Source: Mytilus californianus
Lineage: Eukaryota
DNA length: 64,000 bases
Direction of reading: 5' to 3'
NCBI RefSeq assembly: GCF_021869535.1
Contig: NW_026262582.1
Coordinates: 57,350,001 to 57,414,000 of the forward strand
In this document: in pieces, positions 27,067-41,089 of the stretch
Layout of the letters: each line of letters begins with the position of its first letter
Position numbering within the stretch: the first letter of the stretch is position 1
Notes under the pieces: model-generated
The model's input: only the letters and a program-made list of their open reading frames with translations
Database searches by the model: none
Told to the model about the DNA's origin: nothing
Made by a program: the position numbers and the translations under genes

Positions 27067-28329
27067 TTATTAAACAATGCATGTTTACTGCGTTTTTATC
27101 TATATGTGATACACACCAGGAAATTAGAAATTAATTTTAGCATTTCGAAACAATTGAATATCCCTTTTTACGTTTTTGGGGGTTTTTTTTCGTCTCCAAA
27201 ACTTATACTGATTTGGTTAGTTTGCTTACAATTTGTTTCGCCAGAATGAAAATCCATATTTAGGGAAAAGAAAAAATCTGTTGTCATTAAGACGAAACAA
27301 AAAATAAGTTTTCTCGTATGTATTTCATCAAGGAGGAGCTATTGCAGATAATGTAGTTCGTTATCTTCTCCATCTTGACCCTTTCATATTAAACAAACAA
27401 GTGTTCACAATCGCCTTGTTTTCTTGTATAGCTCAGACAAAACGTGTGTACTATCGACTGATCAATGAGAATGCTATAAATAACAAAACCAAATATGTCC
27501 AAAGACTAATTCTACCTTCGTCTTACAAAAACGGATCTATTTTAGATCATACAAAATGTTACAAGACATTAGCGAATAGTTATTTTGCTTCTTAGACTTT
27601 TTGAAGAGAGCACAATATCTAACTTGATGAAGACATTGCTCTAAACGAAGCGAATCTATGGATATATTTTAGTCATTGATTGTAGTATCAAAATGTTTGT
27701 TCATGTCTTTCGACATAAAAATGCATTTATTAAGAAAATGGTTTGCTAATTGCAAAGATTCTTAATAGCTTCTAGTGCATAAAAATGTTTCATGGTCATA
27801 AATGATCTTCAACTACATTGTATCTCGTTCAAATAGTTTTCGTGTTTTTTTTTACTTTTAATAAAATATTGAATATGTGTACGGTTATATGGGAAATTGC
27901 TTAAATTGAATACATATGAAAGTGATGTTGGGTAAAAAAAAAAACGAAAATGGTTCGACATGATAGACTTTTAAAACTATGAGCTAAAACAATTTTTTGA
28001 GGAATATTTGGAAAACAATTGTGATTACCGTCCATATGAAATCAGTATCAGCTGTAGTAAAAGTTGGCGACTTTTCTCCCTTTTTGCTTCATTGTGTGCT
28101 TTACATTCTCTAGTCACTCACATTGAGTCTGACGTAATAAAAATTATAATGATTCTCATGGTGTAAGCTAGTATTTGAAAGAAAACTAAATACCAGAATT
28201 CCTTCATACTTCAAATAAATACTTTTGTAGTTTTGTACTTTCATTAAAAAACTGTCAGCAAAAGGTACCTATCATTGTACATTTAGGAGATATATTAGCA
28301 GAAAACACTATACAGGTAATTGAAAAAGA

Positions 28330-28520
28330 TCGGTGGAAGACACAAGTGGGTTATTCAATCCCGAAGACAAACTGATATCGCCATGGCAAAAAATGAAAAA
28401 CGACCAAAAGACAAACAATTTTCTTCAAAACACAACATAGAAAACTAAAGGCTGAGCAACACGAACCCCACCAAATTCCGGGAGTGATCGCATGTGTTCC
28501 GAAAAGGATAAGCCGATCCT
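28330..28520 (-). mobile_element. Penelope family D tail
   Basis: ccatggc...gagcaacacgaacccc...cctgctcca. Confidence 0.75.
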
Positions 28521-31489
28521 GCTCCAACTGAGAAATGATGCAATGAATTTAAAGCTATATTTTAGACATGGAATATGTTAATCACTTCTCTAATCACTTT
28601 CACTAGCAACTTAACAGGAAAAAAATATTATACAAAATCTTTTGAGCCTCCGGAATGTTCCACGGACAATATCGTTTACGGAATTGATTTTTCTTTGTGT
28701 GGGCTACTTTAATTTATATCGGTGAAACTCGACAAACTTTGCGTGAAAGGATGAATCGGTCTAATAATAAAGATCCGCAATTCATGGCTCTTTATAACCA
28801 TTTTAAACAACCGGACCATTATCCTTTTTTATCTATGAAAGTACGCATCATCGCGAAAATTGATCATCATACCAATAGCCCTATACTAAGTAATCCTTTC
28901 CGAAAAGATAAGAGAAAATATCTGGTAGGGAACTAGGTACTGCAATGCCATATGGTTGCAATGATAACATCAAAGGAGTAGGAAATTTGTCAAGTCCAGC
29001 CTGCAGTGATATAAATGTAATGAGCTTATTCAATACTAACTTAAGACCCTAGCGTGGTCATGGGATAAAACATTACCATCGGCCCAATGTAAAAATAAAG
29101 TCTTCCAAATCTAGATCGCCCTTTGGGAGCTTTGGTGACCTTTTTTCACATCTTTATCATCTGCTAGGGATACATTACATTAGAACTATTCTTTTTTCAG
29201 TGCCTGTTAATTTTCTAAAATGTTTGAGAAACTATGCCCTTGACAAGGGATGCATAAGTACATTTTCTCCAATATACAGACTGGACCTTGATTTAGAAGA
29301 ATACATAAAAAAAACTTCTGACATGCGACTGTTACCACTCGCCTTATATTTACAGCCCCTCTGACCATGTAATTACTGAGGATCTAAACATAATTCAACC
29401 TGAACATCTCCGAATGGTGGTATCTTAAGGTCCTGAGTTCAAAGAACCCCAACACATCAACTGGAACCATATCTTCAAAATAATTATGGGTTCCAAACTG
29501 TGTGATTGATTGACCAAAGTCCGTATTCAGAGACAAAGAAGCTTTGAAATGTCTATCATTTCTTCACGATAGATATTTTGTTGTTTCTGCGGACAAATCT
29601 TCAAATAATATTGTTTTTGTATTTAAATCGTACTACTACGAGTGTCTTGTAAAAAAATTAGGAATAAATCAGCACTCAGGTAATTCCACATACAAAAACA
29701 TATCATTTGACGAAAATGAGATTTTGGCGAATCATAAGTCCTTCATGGCTTTAATGCCCATTACATTGAACAGCAAATCTGAGGACTGACCTTGTTTGTA
29801 TTGAATACCTAAGCTTCACAAAATTCCATACAAACAGCGCTACATGACAGCTCATCTGCATATTCTACAAAGGAATTGTTCATTAGATTGACAAAAATTC
29901 TGTCCGCAGTGAAAGGGGGTCTTCAGAAGTACTGTGAAACTGTTCACTCACGTAATGTATTAACCATTTATGGATTCTAAAAAAAACTCTAAAAATAACT
30001 TCTGGATAATTTTCTCGATCTTTTTCTGAAATTAATTATATCAAAACCTATGATTTTTCAACCCTTTATACCACCATATCCCATGTGAAATTGAAAAATC
30101 GTGCAAAAAAAAATAATCCACAATGCGTTTCAATATAAAAATGGTAGCATACGCTATAAATTTATTACTTTGGGGTACCATACGGCATATTTTGTTAATA
30201 GTGAACAAAAAGGTCAAACATTCTACTCAGAGGAACAAGTGATTAGTATGCTGGAGTTTCTTATTGACAACATATTTGTTGAATTTGAAGGTAGACTTTT
30301 TCAACAAATTGTCGGCATTCCTATGGGAACGAACTGTGCGCCTCTTCTTGCCGACCTATTCTTATTTTCATATGAGTCGGAGTTCCTTCATACACTTGTC
30401 AAAAACAAGAAGAACAAAGAAGCCAGATCATTTAATTTCACATTCAGATATATTGATGATGTTTTTTCCATTAACAATCCAAACGTTTCTGATAGGGTTC
30501 TATTAATATGTCCTCCAGAACTAGAAATTAAAGAAACAACAGAATTGCTTCCTCCGCCTCAGTTTTAGAGTTATACCTCGAATGTGACAAAAGCGGTCAT
30601 CTCAGTAAAAGAATCTATGACAAACGAGACGATTTTAAATTTGAAATTAAAAAAAAAATCCCCAAACTTAGCAGCAATATACCAACTACCCCTGCATATG
30701 GGATATACATTTCCCAACTCATTCGGTATTCAAGAGCTTGCTACTGCTACTCAGACTTTGTAAAACATCACCAGTGTCTAAGCAAAAAATTGATGAACCA
30801 GGGTTATGTCAAAGAACGTCTCGTCCTTTTTCTAAAAAAAAAGTTCATCGGAAGATACCAAGACCTTGTTGATAAAAAATAATACATGATGGTATTGATG
30901 TATAGATTCTAGGAACTGACATTGTTTATCATCTTAATTACGTGTTATAGTGTTCTTTTATTTGTCTTTGTAAATTATCAACGTTTACTTTTTAGTCCAT
31001 TTTTGGTAATATCCTTTAGACGTGGTTCGGTACTTGTACATCCCGCCATTGTGTTGTTGTGCTGTTGTAATTTTTTGTATTCTTGTGTTTCAATGTTGCT
31101 TATGTGCTTTGTCTATATGCCATTTTGTTTTTCTTTGTTGACATATTTGTTTGTTTTAATAGTGATTGAGATTGTAACACAATGTTAACTGCTGTACCCC
31201 TATTGTTGACATTCTTACCTATTATTAAATCTGTTTGTTTTGTTCACACATTGTTGTCAATATAATAGAATTATATGCGACTGTCAAACAAGTGAGAGGT
31301 TTAGCTGGCTATAAAACCAGGTTTAATCCACCATTTTCTACATAAGGAAATGCCTGTACCAAGTCGGGAATATTGTAGTTGTTTTCCATTCGTTTGATGT
31401 GTTTGAGCTTTTGATTTTGCCAATTGGTAAGGGACTTTCCGTTTTGAATTTTCCTTGGAGTTCGGTATTTTTGTTGTTTTACTTTTTTC
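28520..31489 (+). mobile_element. Naiad-type Penelope-like element, family A, copy A1 (GIY-YIG, then RT, then tail); pseudogenised
   Basis: N-terminal EN ECSTDNIVYGID.SLCG..YIGETRQTLRERM..NHF (28650-28850); RT KTYDFSTLY, GIPMGTNCAPLLADLFL, FRYIDD; stop TAG at 30901-30903; many frameshifts and deletions. Confidence 0.9.
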
Positions 31490-31589
31490 TCCTATCAGAA
31501 GAAGTTTTAATGCAAATTAGAATTTTTTTATGAATTTATCAACCATCATTTATGTTTTGTTACTACTTCATACATTGATCCGTATAAAG

Positions 31590-32842
31590 AACGATATGTA
31601 GTCGAGTCGTCAAGATGTTCGACTAAACAATTTTTTAAAGTTTTTACAAACATTCCTTCTGCAGTGAAAGATGGCCTTAAGAAATATTAATAGTGATGAG
31701 GCATATTCACCTTGTGGATCTTCCGTGAAGTCTTCAATGATATTCTTGACAGTTCTGCAGGAATATCAAAACTTTTGATTTTTCTACGTATCAAACTACT
31801 GTTCCTCATGCTCATTGAAATGATTGAGTACATGATCTCTTTAGGTAGAGCTTTTTCTACCAAAATGGGAATCGTAGATAAAGTTTCTTGCATCAAAAAT
31901 CTTACATTGTAGAGAACAAATATCAAAAACCAAATATTGTTAAATTTCTTGGATTTGTTTTCTTGCAAAAAATTCAACGGGAGTGGTTGTCGCAAAAATA
32001 CAAAAACTAGAATTTTAATTTTGATAGCATCATTTGCATACACCAATTATCTCGCATTTTGTGAACTGTTCAAATATCACAATAATAGATGCACGCAAAA
32101 ATTTCTGAATATACATAAGGCCGAAGATGAATTAAGATTGGTGGATTGATATTTCAACAGACAGTCGGTATTCAACTGGGTTCATATACTACATTCCTAC
32201 TGGCCGACTTGTTTTTGTACTCATATGAAGCAGAATTTATACAAACCTATCGAAGCCAAAAATACCATCTTGCAAAATTCTTTGATTTCATTTTCAAACA
32301 TGTAGATGATGGCATGTCACTTATGAGTTTGAATGTCCCTTTGGTACAATTCGCCTATCTTTTTCTCTCTCAATGACCAACATTTCAATGAGTGCTTACA
32401 ATTCATATATCCGAGTGACCTTTAGTGTAAGGCTACTCTCCAAACAAGAAGTTCTGCTTCATACGTTGATATTTTATTCGATATTGACCCCAATGGACGA
32501 CTTCAAACTAGAATCTATAACAAGCGAAATGATTTCAACTTTTCAATTGTAAACTTCCATTTTTCTAACAGAAAAACGTCTGTGCCTCATCTTTAAGATA
32601 CCAGAATAGTTGTCTAATATGTTTACTAGTTGTGTCCTATTTTGGAATATGACAGTGCGTCTGAGTGTGGATTCGAATTGCGGATGTTGCTTGCTTTGCT
32701 GGAGACTCTTACCCTGTCGACACAACCGGTTTCGTTCCCTTTGAAATTCATGCGATTCCCTCAGTTTGTGTTTGTTACTTTTATTGGTTTTCTTGATCGA
32801 TTGTTGTGAATTCGAACATCCGTAAATCTACTGTTTATTTAT
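31590..32842 (+). mobile_element. Decayed Penelope family E RT with an unrelated insert at about 31940-32125
   Basis: IKTFDFST, FQQTVGIQLG...LLADLFLYSYEAEF, HVDD, RIYNKRNDFNF; E-type tail. Confidence 0.8.
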
Positions 32843-33164
32843 ACCAGATGTAAAAGTAAACCTATCTTATTTCAAGTTTTATGTTTAATTTTTGGAGAAA
32901 AAAATGTATAAACATGAATTGTCCAATAATATTTTAGGCCTTAAATAGATTAATGAATGGAATAATGGTTCACATCTACTTGCCAACTTCAGGGAAATTG
33001 GGTTAGCATGTTAAGAGTTTTGTAAGGGAATTCAAGAGCACACCTCCAGACATGACATTTCTATGGAACATATACATATATATATTTATTGTTTCTATCT
33101 AACTATTACAGACGATTTAGAGCTTGTTATATTGTATAAACATCTGTCTATTGTTGAAGACTGT

Positions 33165-33765
33165 ATGTTGCATACAAAATGTCTTTTTGGTTATTTATGT
33201 AATTTGATGGCTGTCTCATTGACGTATTAATCACATCTCCTTTGATTCTTATATACATATATTATTGTCCTACTTAAGAAAACAAAAATTAAAATAGAAC
33301 AAGGAGACCAAATTGTATAGATGTTAGCAACTACATGTCACCGTACTCACTTAAACAATGCGCAAATCCAAAATTGCAAATCAAGCTATAAAAGACCCCA
33401 ACATGACAAAATGTAAAACAATTCAAACGAGGAAACAAGCGTCTTGGTTTATGTACAAAACAACAAACGAAAACATATTTGATCTACAGCAACAAACGAC
33501 AAACCTATGAATTAAAAGCTCCTGGCTTGGGAGAGGCATATTCAAAATGTTGCGGGGTTAAACATGCGGGCATCCAACCTTCCACCTATCCTGTGACAGT
33601 GGTTTAACGACAAAATAGTATAACAAACTATAAAAAATCAGTCAAAAATGGCTTTACACACAAAAACAACTAACAAAAACTAAAGACATAAAGTACCGAT
33701 TTGAAAGTACTAGTAGTTCATGAAAGATAGTTCAAAGTCAAAATCAACTACAAGTAATAAACTGC
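33165..33765. mobile_element. Two family C tails in opposite orientation (33165-33255 +, 33320-33765 -)
   Basis: Similarity to the 25030-25410 and 10470-10910 copies. Confidence 0.7.
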
Positions 33766-34124
33766 TTTCTACAGATATATTCGTTGTCTTGCTCATCGTT
33801 CGTGCGTCAGATATAAAGCATGTAAACCAAGAATCAAATAGGAACATATTTCATTAGTTGACGCTTTACACGGCTACAAAAAAGTCAATCATTAAGAGTA
33901 AATGTGGTTGGAAATAACGTCAGTTTTGTGAGATCCACGCGATAACTTGATTAGGCCAACTAAAATTATTTGGTAGACTTCAATCCGGATTTTTGAAAGA
34001 ATTGGGGCGGGTGGGAGGATTTTATTTTTTTATTTTAATTTTTTCCGAAACCCTTTTGTAATAAGTTCTTCATATATGCCAGGGTAATAATAGGCTTGTA
34101 TATATATATATATATCATGTATTT

Positions 34125-34640
34125 AAAAACAAGGAGATGAGGTATGATTCCCAATGAGACAACTATCAACCAAAATTCAAATAAAGTGGATGTAAGCAAT
34201 TATAGGCAACCGTAAGTCCTTCAACAATGAGAAAAACACATACTGCATAGTCGGCTATAAAAGGCCCCGACAAGAAAATTTTGAAACAATTCAACTGAAA
34301 AAACTAACGGCCTAACTTATAACAAAACAATTAACGAAAAACAAATAAGACAGACATGAATCAACGACAACCACTGAATTACAGGCTGCTGACTTTGGAC
34401 AGAAGAACAAACTATACAAATCAGTTGAAAAAGGCTTAACCCATCAGATCGATACAAAGAAGAAAAAAATCAAACATAGACCGGACGTGGCAGGGGTATT
34501 TATCCATCCCTCATCCCTAACAACAAAAAGGACACTAAGTACAGATCTGACAGTACTCGCAGTTACTGACAGCTAGTTCAAAGCCAATAATAACTAATAA
34601 AAAAAATCATGTATCTAAGACTAAAATATCAATCAGTATA
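34125..34640 (-). mobile_element. Penelope family C tail
   Basis: Long, well-preserved copy ending at aatcagta. Confidence 0.85.
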
Positions 34641-35689
34641 AAGGAATTCTACATAATTTTTCAAATTCTTAAATAAATACAACCACTGTTCTAAATGTAA
34701 TTACCGCTTAAGTAACTTATTTTCAGTAAATAACTAAAAGGTAAAGAAATGCGCTCTTTTAGACTACCTACAAATTTATTTGGCTTTCTAAGCTATGGTT
34801 TGTAGTGGTCATAAAATGAAGCATATGCATTGGTATGAAAAACAAATATTATGAGTACAGAGTGAAATTAAAACTCGAACTGTGTTGAAAATACTAGGGT
34901 TGATGCTTTATCATTCTTATGCAAGGTGCAAATATAATTATACAATTTGTAAAACATGAATTTTACCAAAAGAAAGAAGTTGTTTAAGGACTTTATTGAG
35001 GTGCTGGTGACAGAGGGTATTTGCTGTTTGTCAACAAAAAAACGACAGTCTTTCATTATATTATTACTTTCAGTAACATTTTTGTCTCATATACAATTTT
35101 GACAAAGCAAATATACCTTAATAAGAGTAATTGTTTCCGTCCTGGATCTTAAAACATAGTTCTTTCAGGAGAACGCAATTAGAACACGTCTTTTTCTATT
35201 TATGTTGTAATAAAAAAAAAGATGTTTTGAAGTAAATTTGAACTATTAAAAAACTCACGAGATATGCTCACCCAAATAGATATCAATAGTTTCTAAACGG
35301 TATCCAACATGAACACGTCCCTACGTGGTACGACTAGTACCAAATCACCAGAAGTTCTGATAGTTCTTGGGAAATTAAAACAACACGATAATTAAAGCAG
35401 TCCATCCCATAATAAGTAAGGAGATTGCTAAGTATATCAGGATATGCATGGTGCATAATTTTTTTAGTGAATTCACTAAATTTCAATTTTATCGTTAAGC
35501 TTCAAAAAGAAAATCATTTGTACATGTTGGTGAATATCAATTCGCAGGTTACTTATTTTGTTACAATTTTGTACATAATTTCAGCTTTTCTTCAATTGTA
35601 TGTATCATAAAAGTAGTCAGTGCTTTTGATTTGGCATTATTTATAACAAACTATTTTAAAAATTCACCGTTATTAAATTAAGAAATTAT

Positions 35690-35880
35690 GAAGAAACTCC
35701 CTCAGCAAAGTTGGCATTAGATAAATTGTACTATTTTGCTTTGTTCCTTTTCAGTCATATAGCTCGCCGAACTTTTGTGCATATTTTTACATCTCTGACT
35801 TTCAAACGTTTAGGTTTGATCGTTCCTGATGAAGGTTAATCCAGAAAAGCGCGTTGGACGCACGAAGTTTATATTTATTT
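35690..35880 (+). mobile_element. Family F terminal repeat with hammerhead variant at 35821-35860
   Basis: cgttc-CTGATGA-aggttaatcca-GAAA-agcgcg-tt-ggacg. Confidence 0.75.
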
Positions 35881-35899
35881 TTTTTTAAATGGAAAATCA

Positions 35900-36040
35900 C
35901 AAACCATCATCAAACAGACAATCATCCAACATTTCAATACAAAGAAAACTAGGATTGAGCAACACGAACCAAAGTCTTAAAAATGACCTCAGGTGCTGTG
36001 GAGGAGATATCAATTCCTGCTCCACAAGTGACACCGTCAA
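35900..36040 (-). mobile_element. Penelope family D tail
   Basis: gagcaacacgaacc...caggtgct...cctgctccac. Confidence 0.65.
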
Positions 36041-37014
36041 CATGTAAATGAAATTGTAAAAATCGATAGAACAATTCATTATTATATCAACAATAGGAGT
36101 ATATCAAAAGTAAAATATCTCAAATATACATATGTATAATAGTATAGGTTCTACCTACAATAACAGCATATCCATAGCACATTATTGGTGAGAACAATCA
36201 TACATAGTTCTATAAAAAAAAATATGGTATAATTATCTTAAACAAAAAATTGCAACATTGACGAATAATCTTACACCATTTTCATTGTAATGCAGAAATA
36301 AATATGTTATATTCGTCTCATTTTCAGTTGTGTATTGAGTTGTTATTTTGAAGAGAAATTGAGTTTTGTTTTGTTCTTTGTAAATGTATTTTTTTGTATC
36401 ATTGATGTAGTGGCATGTACAATTATAAGGCTATTCGATGCACTAATCTTGAGACGGTATATTGAAGATTTGTGAATAAGTTTAATTGATCAAATCAGGA
36501 CTTTGTAAGAAGAAAAACATTAAATTCTTCTACAGTGAGACTTGAAGACAAATCAGTTTGACTGACATCAATTAATCCAATTTGTCATCATTTGACTTCG
36601 AAAGTGTTCTTCAAGCGACCTGTTAACATGGAGTGAAAGTTCTCAAAAAGAAGGCACGCAATGATCTTTCTTATTTCGATCATCACTGGTGGTAACTTGA
36701 TTTCTGAAAAAGACATATGATGTATAAAATTAATTGGAACTTTCATTTTATTGGCAACGACTAATTATTCAAAATGGTACATGCAGGATTTACAATTACA
36801 TCTTATCATTACTAAGTTTTCTTAATATCTAATACTGAGTGTAATACAACTTTGGATATCATTTCCTTTCATGAACATTTGTCATTTGGTTTTAGTGGGC
36901 TTCATGTTAATCAATCTTTGGTTGTAGGTGTACCCTTTTTTGAATCGTTGTTTGCATTTACCACATTTATATTTTGAACATGGTGCTGACTTATGGTTTT
37001 TGATTTTCCCCTAT

Positions 37015-37295
37015 AGATATAAGAAGATGTGGTATGAGTGCCAATGAGACAACTCGCCAGCCAAGTCACAATTTTTAAAAGTAATCAATTATAGGTCAAA
37101 GTACGGCCTTCAACACAGAGCCTTGCTCACACTGAACAGAAAGCTATAAAGGGCCCCAAAATGACTAGTGTAAAACCATTCAAACAGGAAAACCAACAGT
37201 CTAATCTATAAAAAAAAAACACTTATAAACCAAATTAAAAAACGACAACCACTGAACATCAGGTTCCTGACTTAGGACAGGTGCAAACAAATGCA
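37015..37295 (-). mobile_element. Penelope family C tail
   Basis: agaagatgtggtatgagtgccaatgagac...ttcctgacttaggacagg. Confidence 0.8.
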
Positions 37296-40039
37296 GCCCT
37301 ATGTATCTTTTTCATCATATACGAAAGTGTTGTTTTCTGCCTCTTCTTCACTTGTAAGTTCCAGTGGTTGCATAGAAGAAATTTATGCTTATAGTTTCCT
37401 ATTTGAACCCTTTCGGTCATTGACCGGAAAACTGACTAATAAAGTCTACCAAACTTAAAGAAATATCGGATGGTCCACAAAGTATACTTGTGAAATCAAA
37501 AAATTGGTGAAATAAAGAAAACAGATAGAACATAGTACATGAAACTTTATTTATGATTGAGTATCATTAGCCTAAAGTTGATTATCCTCATCATTATTTC
37601 ATCTGATCACTGTATTACATTTTTGAAACAGGCAAATCTGTTTTCGGAATATTTTTACAATGTAAAAGCAAACCAGAAAAGCCTACTACTGTTTGAACAT
37701 TGCAGGATGTCAAATTAGTAAAAGCTTGACCATTACAGTCTCGGGGTGAAACGTCGATCTTTGTCACGTTCATTTAGTTAGTTTATTTGTTGCGTTGTGT
37801 TTAAATATTACATTAAATGACAATTTTGTTCTTGTTATGGAAAGATATTGACAAATGGAAGTGTTGGTGTCCTTGAAATTTGTTTATCTTACATGGAATT
37901 TATAAGAATTGTATAGACTATTGAATAAAATATTTGTTTAGAATGTACACGATTGGATTTCAAATTGCCTCAATTGTTTCATAAATTTGTTACAATCTCG
38001 TAGATTATACGAAATATCAAAAATATTATTAATGCTGATGTTTGATATATTGAGCTGGATTTACGTCCAGAACGACCCGTTATTTAACCATAATTTAACC
38101 ATTCTGTCTAAGTGTTATCATGACTTGCTGTTTTACAGAGAGTGCATGATTTCTCTGGGTCCCTCTCTGTAAATCATCCCTAACCAGGTCTGAGAGCACC
38201 AAAATACTCCGTCTGCCAAATCTGTAAAATCTAAAGATAACGCATTTTTGTCGCGAAAATGTCGCGGTCTTCTTTGGTGAGGAACATTGTGTATTGCAAA
38301 GGCAGCCATGTTTAACGCAGTCGTTAGTATTTAATCATGGGTAAAAAAATGATTAAATTTAGCAAGATTTTAACACCAAAGTTAACGATATTATTTTTGA
38401 ACAACACTTAATATTCTCGTTAAATTATAAGGGCATGTTAACGACAGTTTTACACAGTCGTTAGGCTAACGACACTTTTGAACAACTGTACCCTGATGTC
38501 TATTCATATTTAGAGTAGACTATAAATTTACCGACTAATAAGTCAACTCGGACCGTCTATAAAGTCAACACGGACAGTTTATAATGACAACTTTGACAAA
38601 GTATATCGACATGGCCGGTTGGTAAATCTTTTGGTCAGTTAACATGTTTCGGCTATTGTTTTCAGCAGACCCGGCACACACTGACGGAAGATGTTGTGAA
38701 AAGAGTGCAATCATAAACAAAAGTTGTAAAAAATATACTTTACAATTTGTCGTTGTTGTTTTCAGATTTAAAAATCTTCCAATGATTGCAAACAAACCTG
38801 ATCATCCTTGGCCTTTCATCTATTAAAACATCAACAAGTACAAATAATATGAAACATTAGCGGCAAATTGTACCAAAATAAATTGAATAACTGTCAAACT
38901 TGGAGGATTATGTTCCAAGCCTACAAAGTGAGAAGATCGTTAGGCAATTATTCACAAGCGGCAGAAGTAATAATCAATATTTAAACGTTGAATTAAGATA
39001 CGATCTTCAGAACTGATTGTTCAGTGTTTGAAACTGCTGGTGCAAAATACATATATAACGTTTTGAGACTTAGGCATTTGGTTTATGGTACAAACAGTGT
39101 TGTGTCGAGGTTTTGTGGACTTAACCCAAGCAAATTTCAATGAGTGTTTGTTTATAAGACAATGCCTTTGTGTTGCTCTGAGTTTCTGTACATTTGGTTT
39201 TAAGGTGTCAGACAGCTTTCGTACATGTTATAGTAATCTGCTTCTTAAAAGGTTCAAAACATGTGGTAAAAATCATAGGGTTCAAACGGATATTAATTGT
39301 GATAGGTTTGAAACAGATTCTATTTATACAGACCTTCGGAATTAACACCTAATTGAAAAGCTGTACTTAAGAGATGACGATAGGAAGAAGTAAGTTTAAA
39401 AGAGACCCTAGACGACTGCTCATATTGGCTGTGTTTAATATCCCTCAAGATGTGTAAAGGAGTAACTTCCTGTGTATATGGCGTTCAATACCGCAATCAG
39501 TCAGTCATGGTATGTTTTCCCTTCTCGTTCCCATTCTTTTTTTTATATAATCTCTTCCTCAAGATGCCCTTTAAGGATTTTCTTAATATTTTCTAACATG
39601 TTCTCGCTCCCTTTTCCTCCTTTTATCGTCATTTCATAAGTTTTAAAGAAAATTTCAAACAAACTTACTGCCTGCTTCCAAATTTATAAGTAATAAATCA
39701 TTGATAAGAACATAACAAAATGATTAAAGAATATACAGTGTAATTAAATTACGGAAATGCGTCATCTTTAACAAGAAGGGCATACTGGATCTTAATAATT
39801 TGTATTAAACCTTAAATATGACAGTTTTTAAAAAAATTGCTATTAGGGGAAAAGGGGGGGGGGGGCAATTACATGTTCTTAATTGTGATGCAAACAAATT
39901 TCGTCAGATCTGTGTTACCGATTATATCTGCCTTGCAAAAATCAAAATGATGAAACTCGATAGGACAATCGAACACATTACCGTACAAACCAAATAAAGT
40001 GACACGTACTCAAGAAATCTCGGCAAATTCTTCATATAA

Positions 40040-40370
40040 TATTGATATTTACGTAACCAAAATCCCGTCCTCTTTTTCTCGATTGCATGTGACACCACCT
40101 AATGAAACTTATCAACGGATGTGTACTTGCATAAGCAACACGACGGGTTCCACATGCAGAGCAAGAACTGCTTTCTCTTCGTAAGCACCTGCGTTCACCC
40201 TCCCCTAGGTTTTTGATAAGGTTCGTGTTGCTCAAAATTTAGTTTTCTATGTAGTGCTTTGTGCACTTGTTCGCTCTTTCGTCATTTTTCGGGCGGGTTG
40301 CAATGGCGTTGTATGTTTTTCTTCGACTTGTTAGTTTTGCATGTCCCTTTGGTATCGCCCTCCTCTTTAT
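40040..40370 (+). mobile_element. Penelope family D 3'UTR plus tail
   Basis: agcaacacgacgggt.ccacatg...ggttcgtgttgctc...tccctttggtatc. Confidence 0.75.
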
Positions 40371-41089
40371 TTAACATATGTTTCCAAACACAGGAAATAG
40401 GCGACTTCTTATGGTAAAGGACCAACTGAACACACTTTATAAGCAAGGTGTCATATGTGTAATCTGCCAAAATCTTATCTCCATGTCATGTTATAACATT
40501 ATACGCATATTCATTTCGTTGAGAAAATGATTTTGTGATATGTAATTTGTATATGTCTAGGAGTATAAGTTATCACGAGAACGGCATCTAACAGGTGTTA
40601 ATCCTATACGTCGGTGTCCCAATTGGTTGCATAGAAGAGTTTCAAATCTTTATATTTTTATATTAGAACCCTCAGTGTTTATCAAAATAACTTACATAGA
40701 GGAGAATGAGATTGTTCGATAGTTTATAATACTAAGAGAGGACATTGTTATTGAAGATAAAACAAGTAAATATGTGCAGAATGGGGAATGGGTAAAGTTT
40801 AACCTCATAAGTCTCAGGATAAAAATGTAGTATGTCACATAAGTTAACTATAGACAATTATAGTTTTTGAATAAAAACGATTTCTTTCGATTCTCACATA
40901 CAGCAAATTGTTAACCGAAGAATAACAATGGCTTGGCCTCGGTTCACAATGTTTTTTTCTGGAGTGACTATCTACTCTATCAGGCGTTCAGCTATGTCTT
41001 ATTTAATGTATTATACTGTGTTTGTTCTGTTATCATTGTCTTATTTTATGGATTTTGTTTTCTCTTGTCAGTTTAAAAAACTGTTGTAT

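Noticed and set aside
28533-28575. AAA TGA TGC upstream of the GIY-YIG as a Sec codon
   Set aside because: The region is decayed (TAG nearby), Cys spacing does not fit, and no SECIS was found in family A 3'UTRs.
29785-29806. Two TGA codons in the A1 RT
   Set aside because: They align to Leu and Trp in copy A2, not Cys, so they are ordinary nonsense mutations.
30885-30925. ATGA...TGAC in the family A 3' end as a SECIS
   Set aside because: No apical AA at the required spacing and it overlaps the coding end.
39085-39345. 86-aa ORF
   Set aside because: No recognisable domain or consistent splice signals.
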